From Oligoflexales bacterium (lineage in GTDB: Bacteria > Bdellovibrionota_B > Oligoflexia > Oligoflexales > Bog-1112): a stretch of DNA of 15,195 nt. Numbering within the stretch: the stretch's first letter is position 1; every line of letters begins with the position of its first letter. The position numbers and the translations under genes are program-made. Below the pieces are notes generated by a model that was given only the letters and a program-made list of their open reading frames with translations, did not search any database and was not told the DNA's origin. Below are positions 15,157-15,195 of the stretch, one piece after another. Location: contig JBGCEP010000003.1 in the NCBI GenBank assembly GCA_045106415.1, positions 1 to 15,195 of the forward strand, written 5' to 3'.

Positions 15157-15195
15157 ATACGAGAATATTTACACCACATTTGGAAGATATACCAG
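15142..15195 (+). CDS. Partial CDS running off the window (MSTQAIREYLHHIWKIYQ...), possibly an integrase-core DDE transposase
   Basis: GTG 8 nt after AGGAGG, open to the window edge. The MSxxxxREYLxxIxxxY pattern recalls N-termini of unclassified (ISNCY-type) integrase-core transposases, but only 18 codons are visible. Confidence 0.4.
   Translation, partial: MSTQAIREYLHHIWKIYQ

Overview
AT-rich bacterial chromosomal window from a Gram-negative organism (an LptF/G-type permease is present). The gene content resembles Bdellovibrionota/Oligoflexia or Myxococcota, but that is inference only. From left to right: (1) 91-1212 holds decayed mobile DNA, a frameshifted IS630 transposase whose right end sits at a TA inside a decayed tnpB C-terminus that the ORF track misses, followed by an IS607-like right end. 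(2) 1459-2289 is an orphan secreted Cys/His-rich protein. (3) 2410-7985 is a tightly packed minus-strand run: stand-alone PBP transpeptidase, NADPH-dependent FMN reductase, hypothetical exported protein, an unannotated 40-aa ORF, bifunctional homocysteine methyltransferase/MTHFR (YitJ-like) and a GT2-like protein. (4) 8160-13904 is a plus-strand housekeeping run: LptF/G permease, fabF, pdhA, pdhB, pdhC. (5) 13912-14880 is the most notable item: a predicted lipoprotein with a C-terminal cholera/heat-labile/pertussis-toxin-type (R-S-E) ADP-ribosyltransferase domain. It lies tail-to-tail with pdhC and has no visible B subunit or immunity gene. (6) The window ends in a structured leader and the start of a possibly transposase-like ORF. 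All calls come from motif reading by eye; no database searches were run.
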